From Bigelowiella natans CCMP2755 (Eukaryota; Protista; Cercozoa): 64,000 nucleotides of DNA. How positions within the stretch are numbered: position 1 is the stretch's first letter; every line of letters begins with the position of its first letter. Location of the stretch: the NCBI GenBank assembly GCA_000320545.1, contig ADNK01001280.1:1-64000 (forward strand). The letters run 5' to 3'. Below are positions 13,638-27,065 of the stretch, piece after piece. A model generated the notes under the pieces. That model searched no databases. It was not told where the DNA came from and was given only the letters and a program-made list of their open reading frames with translations. A program made the position numbers and the translations under genes.

Positions 13638-15560
13638 ATAGTAGAAGCAGTGGTACTATGGTTGAAGAAGGAGTGAGAAATTAGTGCATGTAGATATTGA
13701 ATATTTACATGTACATTATAATAATTTACCTAAAACGAGGCAGGTTCGAATGAAGAATCCCGATAGCCTTACCTGAATTCTTATTCTTATTCTTCTTCTT
13801 CTTATTATTATTATTATTATTGTATCAACTAACTCATTTATACTACAAGTCAACATAACACTCCTCCACCTCCTCCTCCTTACAACTGCTACCCAACTAC
13901 TACTGAATACTTTTGCTTCTCCATTTTCCTCCTTCATCAACCAAAAGAGATTGCAACGAAATCCATGCCTGAAGAAGAAGAAGAAGTAGTCAAAGGATTA
14001 GAACCACAATAAGAAGACCCATCATCGTATCAAATCGTCGTCGTCGTCTCGTCAATATCATCATCATCACCATCATTATACCACTACCTGGTCAAGGAGT
14101 ATAAACAGTATAGTAGCGCTTATGCTCACGACTAGCAAAGCCACGTTATCCCTCCTATTGTGTATTGTGGCGATGATGATCAAACAACAGATGATGAAAC
14201 AATAACATGATAGAGCTCGAGGAGATAACCCCTCCTCTTCAACGATGTGTAATCCTCAAGCTTTATCGTTTATTAGGTCGTTTGGGTGTGAGGAGAGGAG
14301 GAGGGGGCAGGAAAAAGAACAAGAGAGAAGAAATTGATTTGCTAGTACTGAATAGATGAGAATACTGGTAGTACAAACATAAACGGTAGTACTACTAGTA
14401 TTGCTACTACTACTACTAAGAATGAGCGAAATATAAGTACTTCTAGTAGTGCTACTGCTACTAAGAACGACCGAAATATACGCCGAAAGAAGGAAAAGCA
14501 TGAAGCTATTGGACCACGGAGGATACTATTATCTGGTGGTCACATATTCAGGTTATCAGATGATATATATGATTATTGTACATGCCATTATGATGATCAA
14601 GATGACTATTCTAAGTACATTAAAGTAATTTTCACTAGTATAGTTGCTGCTGCTGGTACTGGTGCTGGTGATTAGAATCTTCGTCTTAATTTTCCCCTTC
14701 TGCACTTCTTCTTTCTCCCTCCCCCTGAAATGACTACTTACTTATTAATTTATGGTTATTGCGATCTGCTGTGAGAGATCTTGGTGTTGATTGCCGGGAA
14801 TCTACTAATGGGAGGTCCACCTAGAATGATGGTGGAGTAGGTTAATAGAAGAAGAAGAAGAAGAAGAAGAAGAAGAGGAAAAAGAGGAAGGTGGGTATAG
14901 TAATCATAAGTTATAGTAACAACAATAATAATAATAATAATAATAATAAAGCAAATAAAAATCATAAAATTAAATGAATAGTATGATAGCTCAGTAAAAG
15001 AAGAACATCATAATACGAATAATATAACATTATTAATAGTATCATTAGTTATTGTAAATCAACCTAACAACTCTCACACATTGATGGAATTCTTCTTCTT
15101 CATGATTTCCCCTGCTACTAGTGGCAGAATGATAAGTCTTCTAATAACTTAATTTGCTACTACCCTCTCGATCTGTGAGCTTATAAGTGACCCGTAGTTT
15201 CTCCCCGCAAATGTTTGCTCGTTGAAGGCGAAGGTTAATGTATCAAGCTGGGTATCCGGCGACTGCGGTACCACCTTATGACTTCCTGTCAGTAGTAAGT
15301 AGTACAATAACAACAACAACAACAACAACAATAACAACAACAACAAGAAGTAAGCATAGTATACCAATTATTACGTTACAACAATATAAGTATGAGTGTT
15401 TGACGATTATGAATGGATTAAGTAGGAGCAACGAGAGCAGTACTACCAAAAACATCCTCAGCTGCAGGCTTAATGACCTTCCTTGCACTCGAGTTGAAGT
15501 ACCTGCAGAGTAGTAGAATGTACGAGTCAGGAGAGCAGCTGTTTGCGTAGAGCAATGCAT
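5395..15560 (-). CDS. CLC-family chloride channel (ClC-1/ClC-2 type) with CBS domains; many small exons; start uncertain
   Basis: Exons encode GSGIP (~13510), GREGPFIH (~12960/12870), GGTLFSIEVTS (~12440/12300), LPAGVYAPMFVTGAALGR (~9420-9480), NIYD (~7555), and CBS2 IDQCPLVL...LFHTLRAEFAFVVNFGMAVGT-VCRKDL; stop at 5395. Confidence 0.88.
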
Positions 15561-18500
15561 GTTTGTGTTCTTCTCTTTTTATTACGGAATTGATCTCATT
15601 CTCTCTGGAAGTCGCCGCCTCGATAGATATGAAACTGCAGACGATTGGGAAGATAAAGAACCGCGTCGTTGCTAAAAGAAGTCGAGCATTTGCAGCAATT
15701 ATGAAACAGAAGAATATGAGAGTATTATTCTGTGGTATGAAGAGAAATGACGGAAAGATGTAGCTACTATACGTACACCCGCCTCCTCTTCCCCCCTCCC
15801 CCCTCCTCCTCCTTCTCCTAGTTTCGTCTGTCTTTTGCTGCGGCATTGCATTTGGGTTTGCACCGCTTAGTTAGTAGTAATGATCACCTTGATATCGTAT
15901 GAAGAAGAAGCTTCTACAGTCTTGCTTCTCGTAAGTACATTTCTACTTACTGGGTAGAGAGGAAGACTATTTGAACCATCCGTATTGATCTGCATTAAAG
16001 TGCAAGGAACCCAAAAAATGATGATAAGCCCATGTGAGCAATGCGATTAGAAAAGTAACAACGATGACCTCACTGTCAACATCTGGTAATGAAACAGAGA
16101 TTTTCAGCTTTGAGAGAGGCCGTGGCATTCTCTCGAAACTCGAATAACCTGACGACACGAATATACTGTTGATAGAAATACCGACTGGGCCAATAGCTGC
16201 TATTACCAGCTGCTCCATCGTCTTTAGAGTCGCCTTCTTTGTCTTTACTATAGTCCCCTGCTTTCATGTCTGAATCTCCCCTTAAGGTTCGTTCTTCCGA
16301 TTTACAATGGCCACCATCACCAATTGCTCTTTCACCTTCATCTCTTCGACTGCCCCCTGTTTGCAGCATATCCGATTCGTCTCTTGAAAGTCGTCGTTCT
16401 TCTTCTTCTTCTTCCGGGTAAGTACCGTCACCACCACCACCTCCACAGGTAGCAGCTCAGGTTCGTTGATCCAGTTCCGTGGTGTGAGCGAGGTACGAAT
16501 CTACTTCCCTAGATTACTAAAGATCAACTTTAACAAAAACAATGCCATTCTCATACTGCGACATGGCACATTAATTGTAAAGTAGATAAATATCATAGTA
16601 CGTAGTATCTCGGTGCTCCTTGTAGAACCTCTTCCTGTTTTTGTTGTACGACATGGTAATAAGAATGTCGTAGTGCATTAGTGGTCTGCATCTATCATTA
16701 TATCTATAAAAGACTACTTGTACTAACCTGATGCTCATTACAATCAATGGCTTCTTCAAGGACATAGATCATTTGTGTTAACTGATCGTCTCTAGGAGGC
16801 ACGTTTATAAAGTCACGAGGGAAGATAACAGACACTGCTTTTGAACAGTAATCGATGGGACCACAAAGAATCATTCACGCGCCCTCCGAGACATGATCCC
16901 AAACTATTTTATTTTATTGACTTCGAAATTGCACACGATAATATATTTCTCAGGTACGAGTAGATTTGCAGGACTTCTTTCTGATGTTCTCCCTACTGTG
17001 TCTCCCGAAGGATTTCTTTATAAGGTGCAAAGATGTCTGAATATCTTCAATGGCAAGCAATTTGAAAGCGATAATGAGCTAGGATGAGGCAGTTTTTCTT
17101 CCTTTGCTGTCCCAATCAGCTTTTATTATCAATGTTCACCTATCCTCACCATGTAATCATCGAAGAATTATAATCAAAAATTATATCAAGGTACTGGGAG
17201 AAGAATTATTTGTTCCTACCTTTGAACGGCGGAGGGGGGGGCATAAATCAGGAGTCATCACCGACATCGTCGCCGCCTCATCATCAATTGCTTCAACAAC
17301 GCTCAAATATGCAGAAGGAATTATTGGAATCTCTTAAAGAAGATCTGAACCACAATACTCTTCTGTATCAATTTATGCCAGGGTGAGCAACACGTGAAGA
17401 TAAATATTTATTCACACATTGTGATGGTTATTTATGATCTTTTCCCTTTATTTAGAATTCGAGCATATAGACCCACTTGCAGATATGGCCACGACCCCCA
17501 ACAGGGGGCTGCGAAAGGAGGGGGAGGAGGAGGAGGTAATATAACATTAAATCATTCGAGAGAAACTGTTGCGCTGTTATGTAATAGTTATTCTGTCATG
17601 GTAACACATGTTCTTCGTATCATCTTGACTAACGATTTATAGTTGAAATACCGTGTTTTATGGTAGAAGAAAAGAGTAGTGGAAATGATGCGACAAAATT
17701 TCAACGGAAGGCAACGTTCATTCAGGGGGAAAGCATACGGGTCGTGAGGGTCAGCTCTGCCGCTGGTGCAGCTGGTTCCTTTTCCTCCAACAGTGAAGAA
17801 GAAGAAGAAGAAGAAGAAGAAGAAGAAGAGACGCATTTCAGTCCAAATGGAAACGATGTCTCTTCTGAAGACATACAGAATGTAGGTGAAGTAGAAGAGA
17901 AGAGAATAGTTATTCTTTACTACGATTAAATGCTAGAATAATCATTGAGGTGCTGCTGCGATGATAATTGTGAAACTAGGCTTGGAATCTCGGCTTCACG
18001 ATTGTCCTTCCAAGGTCGTTAATATGATAATGATGTTGATGATTATGATGTTGCTGATGACACGTAACTATTCCTGCAACAACAATTACTATCCTTTTTT
18101 ATTTTAAATGTAAATCTTCCTGGAACATCAATTTTTTGGAGGCAAGAAATATTGTCATCAACTTTCTAATTACAATATTTTCGTTCATTGCCTCTCCTTA
18201 CGTTCTGGGGATTTTTTTTCAGGTTCCAGCACTATCATCATCAGCTACGAAACCTGACAACAGCTCTTTCTCGTCAACTTGGTTGTAGGAGGATGAATTA
18301 AAAGAAGATTTATTTTTCTGTTTATCTCACATTGATGATGATGATGATGATGATGGTTTTGATGATCACCCAGGACTGGTCTGTTCTTTGTAATCTCTAC
18401 CTAACTCCTCATGGGAACCAAGGCCTACAGGTACTAGTAGTAGTACCAGCACCATATACTTGCTTAGTAAGGAGAAGAAGAAGAAGCACAACATAACATC

Positions 18501-19529
18501 TATTTAGATTCTTAATTTAGGAATTTTGTGGTTCTGCATCGTTTGGTATATCATCTCCCACTAGGGTGATTACAATGATGAGACCGATAATGATGGTGAG
18601 GATGATGGTGATGATGATGATGATGACGGTTCCTCTGTGATCTACCTCCTACCCTCCCTTCTCCTCATCCTCTTCCTCTTCCTCCATGATCTCCATCATC
18701 ATCATGATCATGATTATCATCATTTCTTAACAACTGACTGCAGGCACACTACGACGACCACTGCGTGTTAATACTTCAGGTGTGCTGCAGTAGATTTAGT
18801 ATCAGTGTTGTTTCATGTGAGGATAATGATGATGATGGTGATGATGACGATCACGAATAAATGGTATTAATACGGGTCTACTACTACCACTACTACTACT
18901 ACTAGGTAGATATTGTGTAAGTTGGCACTATGCTACATGATGACCACCATATCCCTTTGTCTAGATCGAAGGATTCAAAGAATGGAGATTGGGGAGGAGG
19001 AGGAATTCACTTTCCACCATACTGCCACGATTGGTAGTATGATTATCACATTAGTAGTAGTAGTAGTAGTAGTGATGTATCAGCTAATACATTTCAATAC
19101 TGTTACGTGTGTGTGTGTGCGCGCACGTGTGTGTATTTGTGTGTACACAATCAATACTGATTGTGGTGGTGGATTCATAATCATCATCATCGCCATTACA
19201 AACAAATACCGTGACTATAACTCACTTTGCTGCTCTTGTTAACAAACACAGGGTGAGCCAAGAGTAGCCGTACCACTACCAGTGCCAGGAAGAACAAAAC
19301 GAGAAAAAAATGTAAATAACAAAGCAAAGCAGCAGCAAGAACAGAGCGTTGATTGTTGGAGTGGTAGTAGTAGTAGTAGGGTGGAAATGAAACCTGGAGA
19401 TCTGCTGTATATTCCAAGAGGAATACCACACTACGCCACAACAAAAACAACAAAAACAACGACAACGACAAAGCACCTGGGAAAGTTTTCATCGTCGTCG
19501 TCGTCGTCAACATCATCAATAGCTGCAAA

Positions 19530-19566
<37 letters not shown>

Positions 19567-20150
19567 TCATCGTCAACATCATCATCACCGTCAGTCCACG
19601 TTACGATTGCTATTGAGGTAGTACTCTTAGTAATATAGTATTACTAGCTAGCGGTGATGATCGTATGTGATCATCAACACGATCAAGGCAAACTACTCAC
19701 TTACTCACTGACTCACTGACTCACTGACTGACTGACTGACTGACTGACTGATGGTGATGGAATAGTGGGTTTGTCCATAGGTTGTAGTTGTATGTTGTTG
19801 CAGTTATTATTATTATTTTTATTATTATTATTATACATGTATTATTGAGCTGTGAATCATAATCAGGTAGAACCTCATTGTGAGTATGAAACTCTCTTCC
19901 ACCTGGCCATAATGCTGTTCTGTGCGACGAAGAATACTGAATCAGGAGATGATCATCATCACGAATATCATGATGACAATGATAATTCTGTGGAGGAGGA
20001 GGGGGAGGAGGAGGAGCATATTTACGAAGAGAACAAAAAATACTGGATGATAAAAGTAAGCAAATTGGATGATAATACCAATAATGATGATGATGATGAA
20101 GATGATGATGACGATAGAGGGGTGTATTGCAGTAACTATCGTGATAGGAG

Positions 20151-20184
<34 letters not shown>

Positions 20185-20677
20185 ATTTGCAGTTACTACT
20201 GTGATAGGAGTGCGCAGGATGTTCTTAAAATCTTGTCTTCTTTTCTTCTTTTGCCACCACCACCAGCACCACCAGCACCAGCACCACCACCAGCAGCAGC
20301 AGCAGCAGCGTAAAACAGCAGCAGCGGCAGATTCTTCATGTCGCTCAGATATCGATTTAACGACGCGCATTCTGCTTCATACAGCTATTCGTAGCATAGG
20401 AAGTAGTAATCCTCAATTTAGAAAAGCTTATCTCCGCTTGATGCCCCACCACCATCACCAGCAGCAGCAGCAGCAGCATCATGATCAATATCACCCCTCC
20501 AGTAAGAATCAATTCGAGCGCATGGTTACCTCACTCAGACCCCCACGCAATGTATTGAGTAGTAGCAGTAGTAGTAGCAGCAGCAGTAGTACTCATCCCC
20601 CCTTCCCCTCCTAGAATAATACTACAAATTCTTCTATTCTCTTCTTCTTCTCCTTCTTTCCTTTCCGCAACCTACCA

Positions 20678-20711
<34 letters not shown>

Positions 20712-22060
20712 ATTCTATGGTCTACCTTCTGTCATTCATTAATAACAATAACAACATTGTGTTTCCGTAACTTTGCTGGTGCTATCGTCATTAGCCATTA
20801 CCCAACCCCTCTCGTAAGGAAGAGAAAGAGATTGGGGCTGATCATGATGACGACCTGTACGACGATGATGTCCTTGAGATCCAGAAAGAGAAGGAGCAGG
20901 TGGAGGATAAGGAGGATACTGAAGATACTGATGATGATGATGATAATGATGATGATGGCATTTTAGTATATCATCTCTTATCATTTGCTGGAGTACTAGG
21001 GTCAGTAAGAGCAATGTTGCGTAGAGGAATAATGGAGGAGGAGGAGAAGCAGAGGCTAAACACTACTACTCCTCCTACTACTACTGGAAGTTGTAGTAGT
21101 AAGAGCGACAGCAGCACCACTACCAACAAGATCACAGCCGGCATTGGCAGCGGGTCTGCAATTATCAGCATCATCATCATCATCATTATCATTCTGACGT
21201 GTTTATTATTGTATGCGAGTAGGTACTCTTGGCTAGAATGGATGGTCAAGTCTCAAGAACATCTTCTCACCGTTATCAAAAGTGATGATGATGACAGACA
21301 AATCCCACACTTGATCAAAACTACAGGAACCAAGGTACTAGACCAAGAAGACCGTGAAGATGAAGAAGAAGAAGAAGAAGAAGAAGAAGAAGAAGAGGAG
21401 GAGGAGGAGCTTTGTAAAGATGGCTGCTATGACCAGAGGCATCACAACAACAACAACAACAGCAAGTACCCTTCCTCCTCCTCATCCTCATACCTCTACC
21501 TCCCAAGAGGAGGCAAACAAGATAATAAGAGAGAAGCAGGATCCTACGACGACGAGGATGCGAAGAAGACGAATACATCGAGGAAAAGAAAGAGAGTACA
21601 AGAAGAGACCAAGACAACGACTATTAACACTAGTCCATATACTACTACTACTACTACCACTACTAGCAGCACAGAGCACCTGTACTCCTCCTCCTCCTCC
21701 TCCTCTTATTCGTCATCGTCGTCATCCTCCCTTCGTCTTCCCCCTGATACTGAGGAAATCGAAGTCCTAATGGCGAAATTTCTAGTAAGAACTTAGGCAC
21801 AACAACTCTTCTCCGTCTGTCCTATTCTCGATTAGTAACACTAACACGTACGATGTGGATTGTTGTCATTACAACAATTCATAGTCATCATCACAAGCCA
21901 CAAAAGAATGGTTGTCATCATCATCATCATCATCATAGCAGTAGGAAAAATAAATGGACACCACTACACCACCATCATCACATACATGGTACACTGATGG
22001 TAGTAGTAGTATTAATATTAGTAGCCATGCATGTTCACTTGGAAAGCACATCATCTGGTA
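5470..22060. repeat. Region extremely dense in microsatellites: (TAC/GTA)n, (ATC/GAT)n, (AAC)n, (GAA)n, (GA)n, (CA)n, (TA)n
   Basis: Dozens of tri- and dinucleotide runs visible in introns and exons of the CLC and JmjC genes. Confidence 0.95.
15967..16420 (-). CDS. Small acidic protein with a single C-terminal TM segment (two or more exons; start uncertain)
   Basis: ORFs 16076-16369 and 15967-16218 join in frame via a ~60-nt GT-AG intron (GCTG|gtaatag...gtcag|GTTATTCG), giving ...DDGAAGYSSFERMP...VIVVTFLIALLTWAY... Confidence 0.4.
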
Positions 22061-22439
22061 GCATTATCCATCACAGGTAAGTACAATGAAGAGCGATTCC
22101 CTGTTCCACGATAGCATGGAGGCATACATTCGTGCGGCAACAAATTTTTGTGCTTTCCTTAACTCACATGGAAGAAGTGGACAAGGAGGTGATAAGCAAC
22201 ATGGTGATGTCAGACTTTCAACGGTTAGTGATAATTCAAGTGTGTCACTAGGAATTAATGAAGAAAAAAGTACCTCTAAAAATCCAGTGGAAACAACTCG
22301 TAGAACCTCTAAACCAAAAAGTAGCAGAAAGAGGAGTAAGAAGAGCACGACAACCATTTCTAATATTTGGGAAATTGTAGATAGGCTACAGCTACATTGT
22401 GTCAAGTTTTGGGACAAGAGAGAACGACGGTCTGTCTGA
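16893..22439 (+). CDS. JmjC/cupin 2-oxoglutarate oxygenase, RIOX (NO66/MINA53/YcfD)-like; multi-exon; start uncertain
   Basis: Exons encode CNLYLTPHGNQG (~18390), AHYDDHCVLILQ (HxD, ~18745), MKPGDLLYIPRGIPHYA (distal His, ~19390) and SVHVTIAIE; last exon probably 22077-22439 via AKFL|gtaag...cacag|VSTMK. Confidence 0.78.
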
Positions 22440-23060
22440 TGGACAAATTGACAATGCACACAGTCGCATGCTACTAAGAGTGTTTGTCATTATACTGTAT
22501 AAATGTGCGATCCGTCGTACAATTTTTTTCGAACGAAACACTTGGCGTAAATTGTTTGTATTTGCGCGATGTTAAAACAGCTGCATGCGCTCGGCGTGCT
22601 ATCCATCCCTGTTTTGCGTGTTACGTACGTTGTTTGTGGTGTCTGTGTGATCGAGCCACACCCATGCATGCTAGCATGCATGACCGAGTGCACACGTACA
22701 TGGATCCAAATGTGAATGACCAAGCATAATCTAGGCAATATATGTAGACACAATAACAGCCAGACTTGCATGATTGTTCAGCATAATAGATTTAATGAAT
22801 CGTGTGCATCACTCTTATTGCGCATGCATGTGTAGCAGATGTCATTCTAACTGCGTGTGAGATGTGGTCTCTGCATGCTGTATACGATGTTCGCGCTGGC
22901 CTTTGAGTTAATGACAAACATGTGCAATGCAGTATACGTCTCAAAGTCAGCAGGGCGCGCATATTTTTTGGATGCATTTTACTTATTGCAAACATTCATG
23001 CTGGTTTGAATACTTTTTTAGATTGTGCACTCACAAGGCGTCACCCTTGTCATCAAGATA
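22440..23060. other. TpA-reduced, CATG/TGCA-rich spacer between convergent genes
   Basis: Motifs such as catgcatgctagcatgcatg and gcgcatgcatgtg; weaker than the other spacers. Confidence 0.55.
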
Positions 23061-23074
23061 AGAGTAAAATATGC

Positions 23075-24657
23075 TCACTTCCTGGCACCAGTGATTCCAG
23101 ATTGTAGGCGATTATTGCATAATGCATCAATGTGCCCAAAGTTCTTCACTGCCCTTTTCAGAGATGAGATCCTTTGATCAGGCGTGAAAGCTGGAGAACT
23201 TTCCAACCTGTCCAATACCAGCTTAAGCAATCGGATTTTTTTGGAGCATTTCTCAAGCTCTCGTCGATGCTCAGAAAGCATTGCGCGGCCTTTTTGGTTG
23301 TCATGGATGCAACTCCACAGTGTGTGAGATGCGTACTCCATAACTAGATGACTTCTATTTTCCTTGTCTTCCATGAACTCATTTACCCAAGTGAAAGCAT
23401 CACCAACCTCAAACATGCTCTGTGAGAAACCCTCAGGAAGCATCAGGGGTTCGAAAAATGCTTGAAGCATTCGAGTGTCCGACAAAATCGGTGTTTTGAC
23501 AGAAGTACAAAACGATAGATTTCGAAGGAGAATGTGTGCAGCAATTTTCTGATTTGGATCGGCTGATTTCTCAACCAGCATTGAAGCTAAAGATCCAAGA
23601 TGTCGCGGAATGAGCAAGTCAGCAATGGAACGACGACCAATCGATGTCAAACACAACGAATGGAGCAAACGCAAGTAATCGTGAGAAGGAGAATCCGACC
23701 TCTCCTTTTTGGAAGAACGCTTAGAAGACGGCAGATAAGATGAATTTGTTTTTGTGCATGCCTTGGTCCATGCCTACAAAATACAATGTATCTGTTTTTT
23801 CTGCCATTCACCATTGTGCAATTAGTGGATGGACATCAAATTGTTCTCACCCATGAAGGAATCCTTGCTCTTGTGAGAGGCCCTGCGGCAGCCGGACACA
23901 CCGCAAGATTGGAGAGTATTTCTAAACCCTGAAATAAATGGTGATACCATTATCATTCTCACATTTACATAGTGGGTAACAACACGATCATCATGTTTCA
24001 AATTGTATTCCACTACAAAATCACAATGGAAACTGGCTTGGCTGTAGCGATGTAGTATCGATTCTCAAATGATGAACCAAATACTACCTTCACCTGCTAT
24101 TATCAAGCTACAATAACTGCTACAATGACAGAGCTACTCAACATCTAATTCCATTGCTTCTTGAAGCTGCGAATACGTCACCTTGTGTGACAAATGAGGA
24201 GGAAGAGAAGGCGATGGATTTCGCGTTAGGTTCAGAATCAACGACAACATGCTCTGTGATTTCGTCCCCCTGATTATAAATAGATTTTTTTGAATTAATG
24301 AGAAGTTTCTCGAATTTAACATGCACCGCCAAGCCATCTTACGACAATAAACATGACATACATGCTAAAACTTCAAATACAAAAAAGACTCCGTGCATTG
24401 ATCTGCCCTACATATGACTATTTACACACCCCATTTTTTTGCAGATGTGCTCTTTGGCGCACATGTCCCCATGTGCATAGTTTCCAATTATATTCAATAC
24501 ATAATCCAGAAGATATGTTATCCTCCTCTTTTGATTCTTTTGTATTCTGGATTTGTGCTTCGTGTCGCTGCTACTTTCTCGATTGTGCTCTCGAACCGCC
24601 ACCGCTGCAAAATTATATGTTGTATGTGATTAATCACATGCCAACACACACACAAAC

Positions 24658-24704
<47 letters not shown>

Positions 24705-27030
24705 TTGGGGAAAGGGGGAGGGGAGACATTTGCCGCTGTTTCACACAGATGCATGAACTTACACACGCTTTTTGAATTAAAAAGAACATGTACTATTATG
24801 TGTCTGCTTTTGCTACCCGAGGCACAATCATCCACAACTTGATCATAGGTCTCTTTTTCGTCTCCCATGAAGTTGATCCTCTCATGAGCGCCCTTCTTCC
24901 CATGAAGAATATTACCACTTTTATTTCCTTCTTGCCTGGTATTAACTACAGATATATTCTCTTTACCCTTCGTCGTTGTTCCCGTAGAAGTTGCTGTCTC
25001 CGATGTCGTGGCGGGTAGGGTCTCCACGTGTCGTCGTCCATCTAGACCCCACCAAATTCTTCTTTTCCTTCTCTTTCGTATTGGCGATGGCTTTGATCTT
25101 CTTGGACGAGCGTTGCGAGAATAGCTAGGATGGTTGAACAAGTGAGAGTTGCTGTGGTAGGATGAAGAGGGAGAAAGCTCCGCTTCGTTAGGAGTCTTTG
25201 CATCATCATCGATATCCTCATTGCGATGCAACAGTACCGTTGACGCATCCGAGTCTAGTGTATCATCAATGCAATGATTATGCTTCTTTGTTTTCAGTTT
25301 CCATTCCTGGTACTTGTCACGCGTAGCTGCAACACAAGAGCTCCAGGTGGATACAAGCAAACATATGAGATTCTCCTTTCCGCATTCGCTCTTGAGCTCC
25401 TTGCTGCCATTGTACAGAAGTCCTTGCACAATTGAGAACAAATACGACAACCGCTTATGAAGAACCGACTCCATTTGTTTGTGTACCAACTCGGGCTCGA
25501 GTCTATGGAGGCACGCTAACGAGTGAGAGCGCTCTAATATTGAGAATAAATAGCGGAGAGGTTTGATCGGTTTGGATGGTAAAGAGAATGAAAGGGAAAT
25601 TTCTGACGATGAAGATTTGGACGACAAGAGTTCCTGGAATGTGTTTTTAATTTTTTGATCACTAACCAGCCACAATTTTGCGGCTTTGCAGCGAGACAAG
25701 AGCTTAGCCAGGGTATTTGAACATATTACGAGTTGCTTGACTGTGTTTCTACTTTCCCATTTCTCTATGACATCGCTTGACTCTAGAAGATGCGGAGATA
25801 TAGCTGCCCTCCTACCTTCAATTTGTCGTCCTCTCGCTCCCAATATATGGTCTGTTTCGAGTAGTAACACGAGGTGCTTGAAAAGTACTTCGCAGAGAAA
25901 TGTACTGCTCTTGTTACTGGTGGTTGTTGTTAAGTATGGACTTTGTGATGATGATAATGGTACAGGACTCTCATTATTTTCTAAGCTCAAAGATGACTTT
26001 ATTGGCTCTGCTTTTGCAGCTCTGGGGTCATATTCCACTGCGGTGACAGGTTGAGGTGATGGAGGACAAACATCGAAGCATTTGGTTAGGAAACTCATGA
26101 CCAATTTGCTCAAAACGTCAGGACCACTTCTCATCGATGAAGATGTTTTAACGAGCATTTCATTGCTACAACGCGTCAAAATACCAGCGGATACGTTGTA
26201 TAAAATGGATAACATTTGAGGAGAAACATGATTCTGAAAACTATCCGGTTGCAAAGATATCAATGACAAACATAAGGAGTACCATGACATCGAAGCGGCA
26301 CTTACCAAGGGAGACAACCTCCTTTCTTTGTTGATAAAATTGTGACTCAGTGCCATTCTTTCTTTCGTATCCCCACGTTCTCTTGTTGTAAGCTGCTCAC
26401 TTGCGACCTTCTCGCTACCATTGGCATCGTCATTATCATCATTTCCCTTTGTATTTTCGGCGTCATTTATTTTCTGGACTTCTTCGAGAAAACGTAATAG
26501 CTCAACCATTAGATTCTTAGACGCTAACATATACGACACACAAGCTTCCTCGGATTGTACTAGGCTACGAAGAGCATCCATAGCAAACGTCCCTGCTGCG
26601 AGGCTTTCTATTATGCCAATCTCACAAACGTTTCCACGACATTCAACTCCAAGCATGTAATCTGAAAATGGGATCGCATTGATGCCACCAAAACTGGTAT
26701 GGTTGGTGAGAGGCGGAGGCATGTACCATCGCATTTGTCCAGAGTTCTCCACTCCTTTTAGATGCAGAGGCGATGGCGATGGCGATGACGATAAGAATGA
26801 CGACGCATTCTTCAGAATCTTAACAATAGAAGTGTAGTTATCGGCTCTCATTGCTACTTTTTTTGCTTTATCGGGAATTCTAGTAAGAACAGCAGCCAAA
26901 AGTTCTGCTGTAGCTGCAGCTAAGCTCATCGTGTTTGTCGTTCCGTTTTTCACTTGAGGGGCGAACAAGTTGTGATGACCACCTGTGGTCTGTAAGAGCT
27001 CAGGAATCACTTGTAATAGTTGATCTTCGA

Positions 27031-27065
<35 letters not shown>

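Noticed and set aside
5476-15000. Dozens of short ORFs with poly-Y/L/H/V/C tracts
   Set aside because: They are translations of intronic microsatellites in or opposite the CLC gene.
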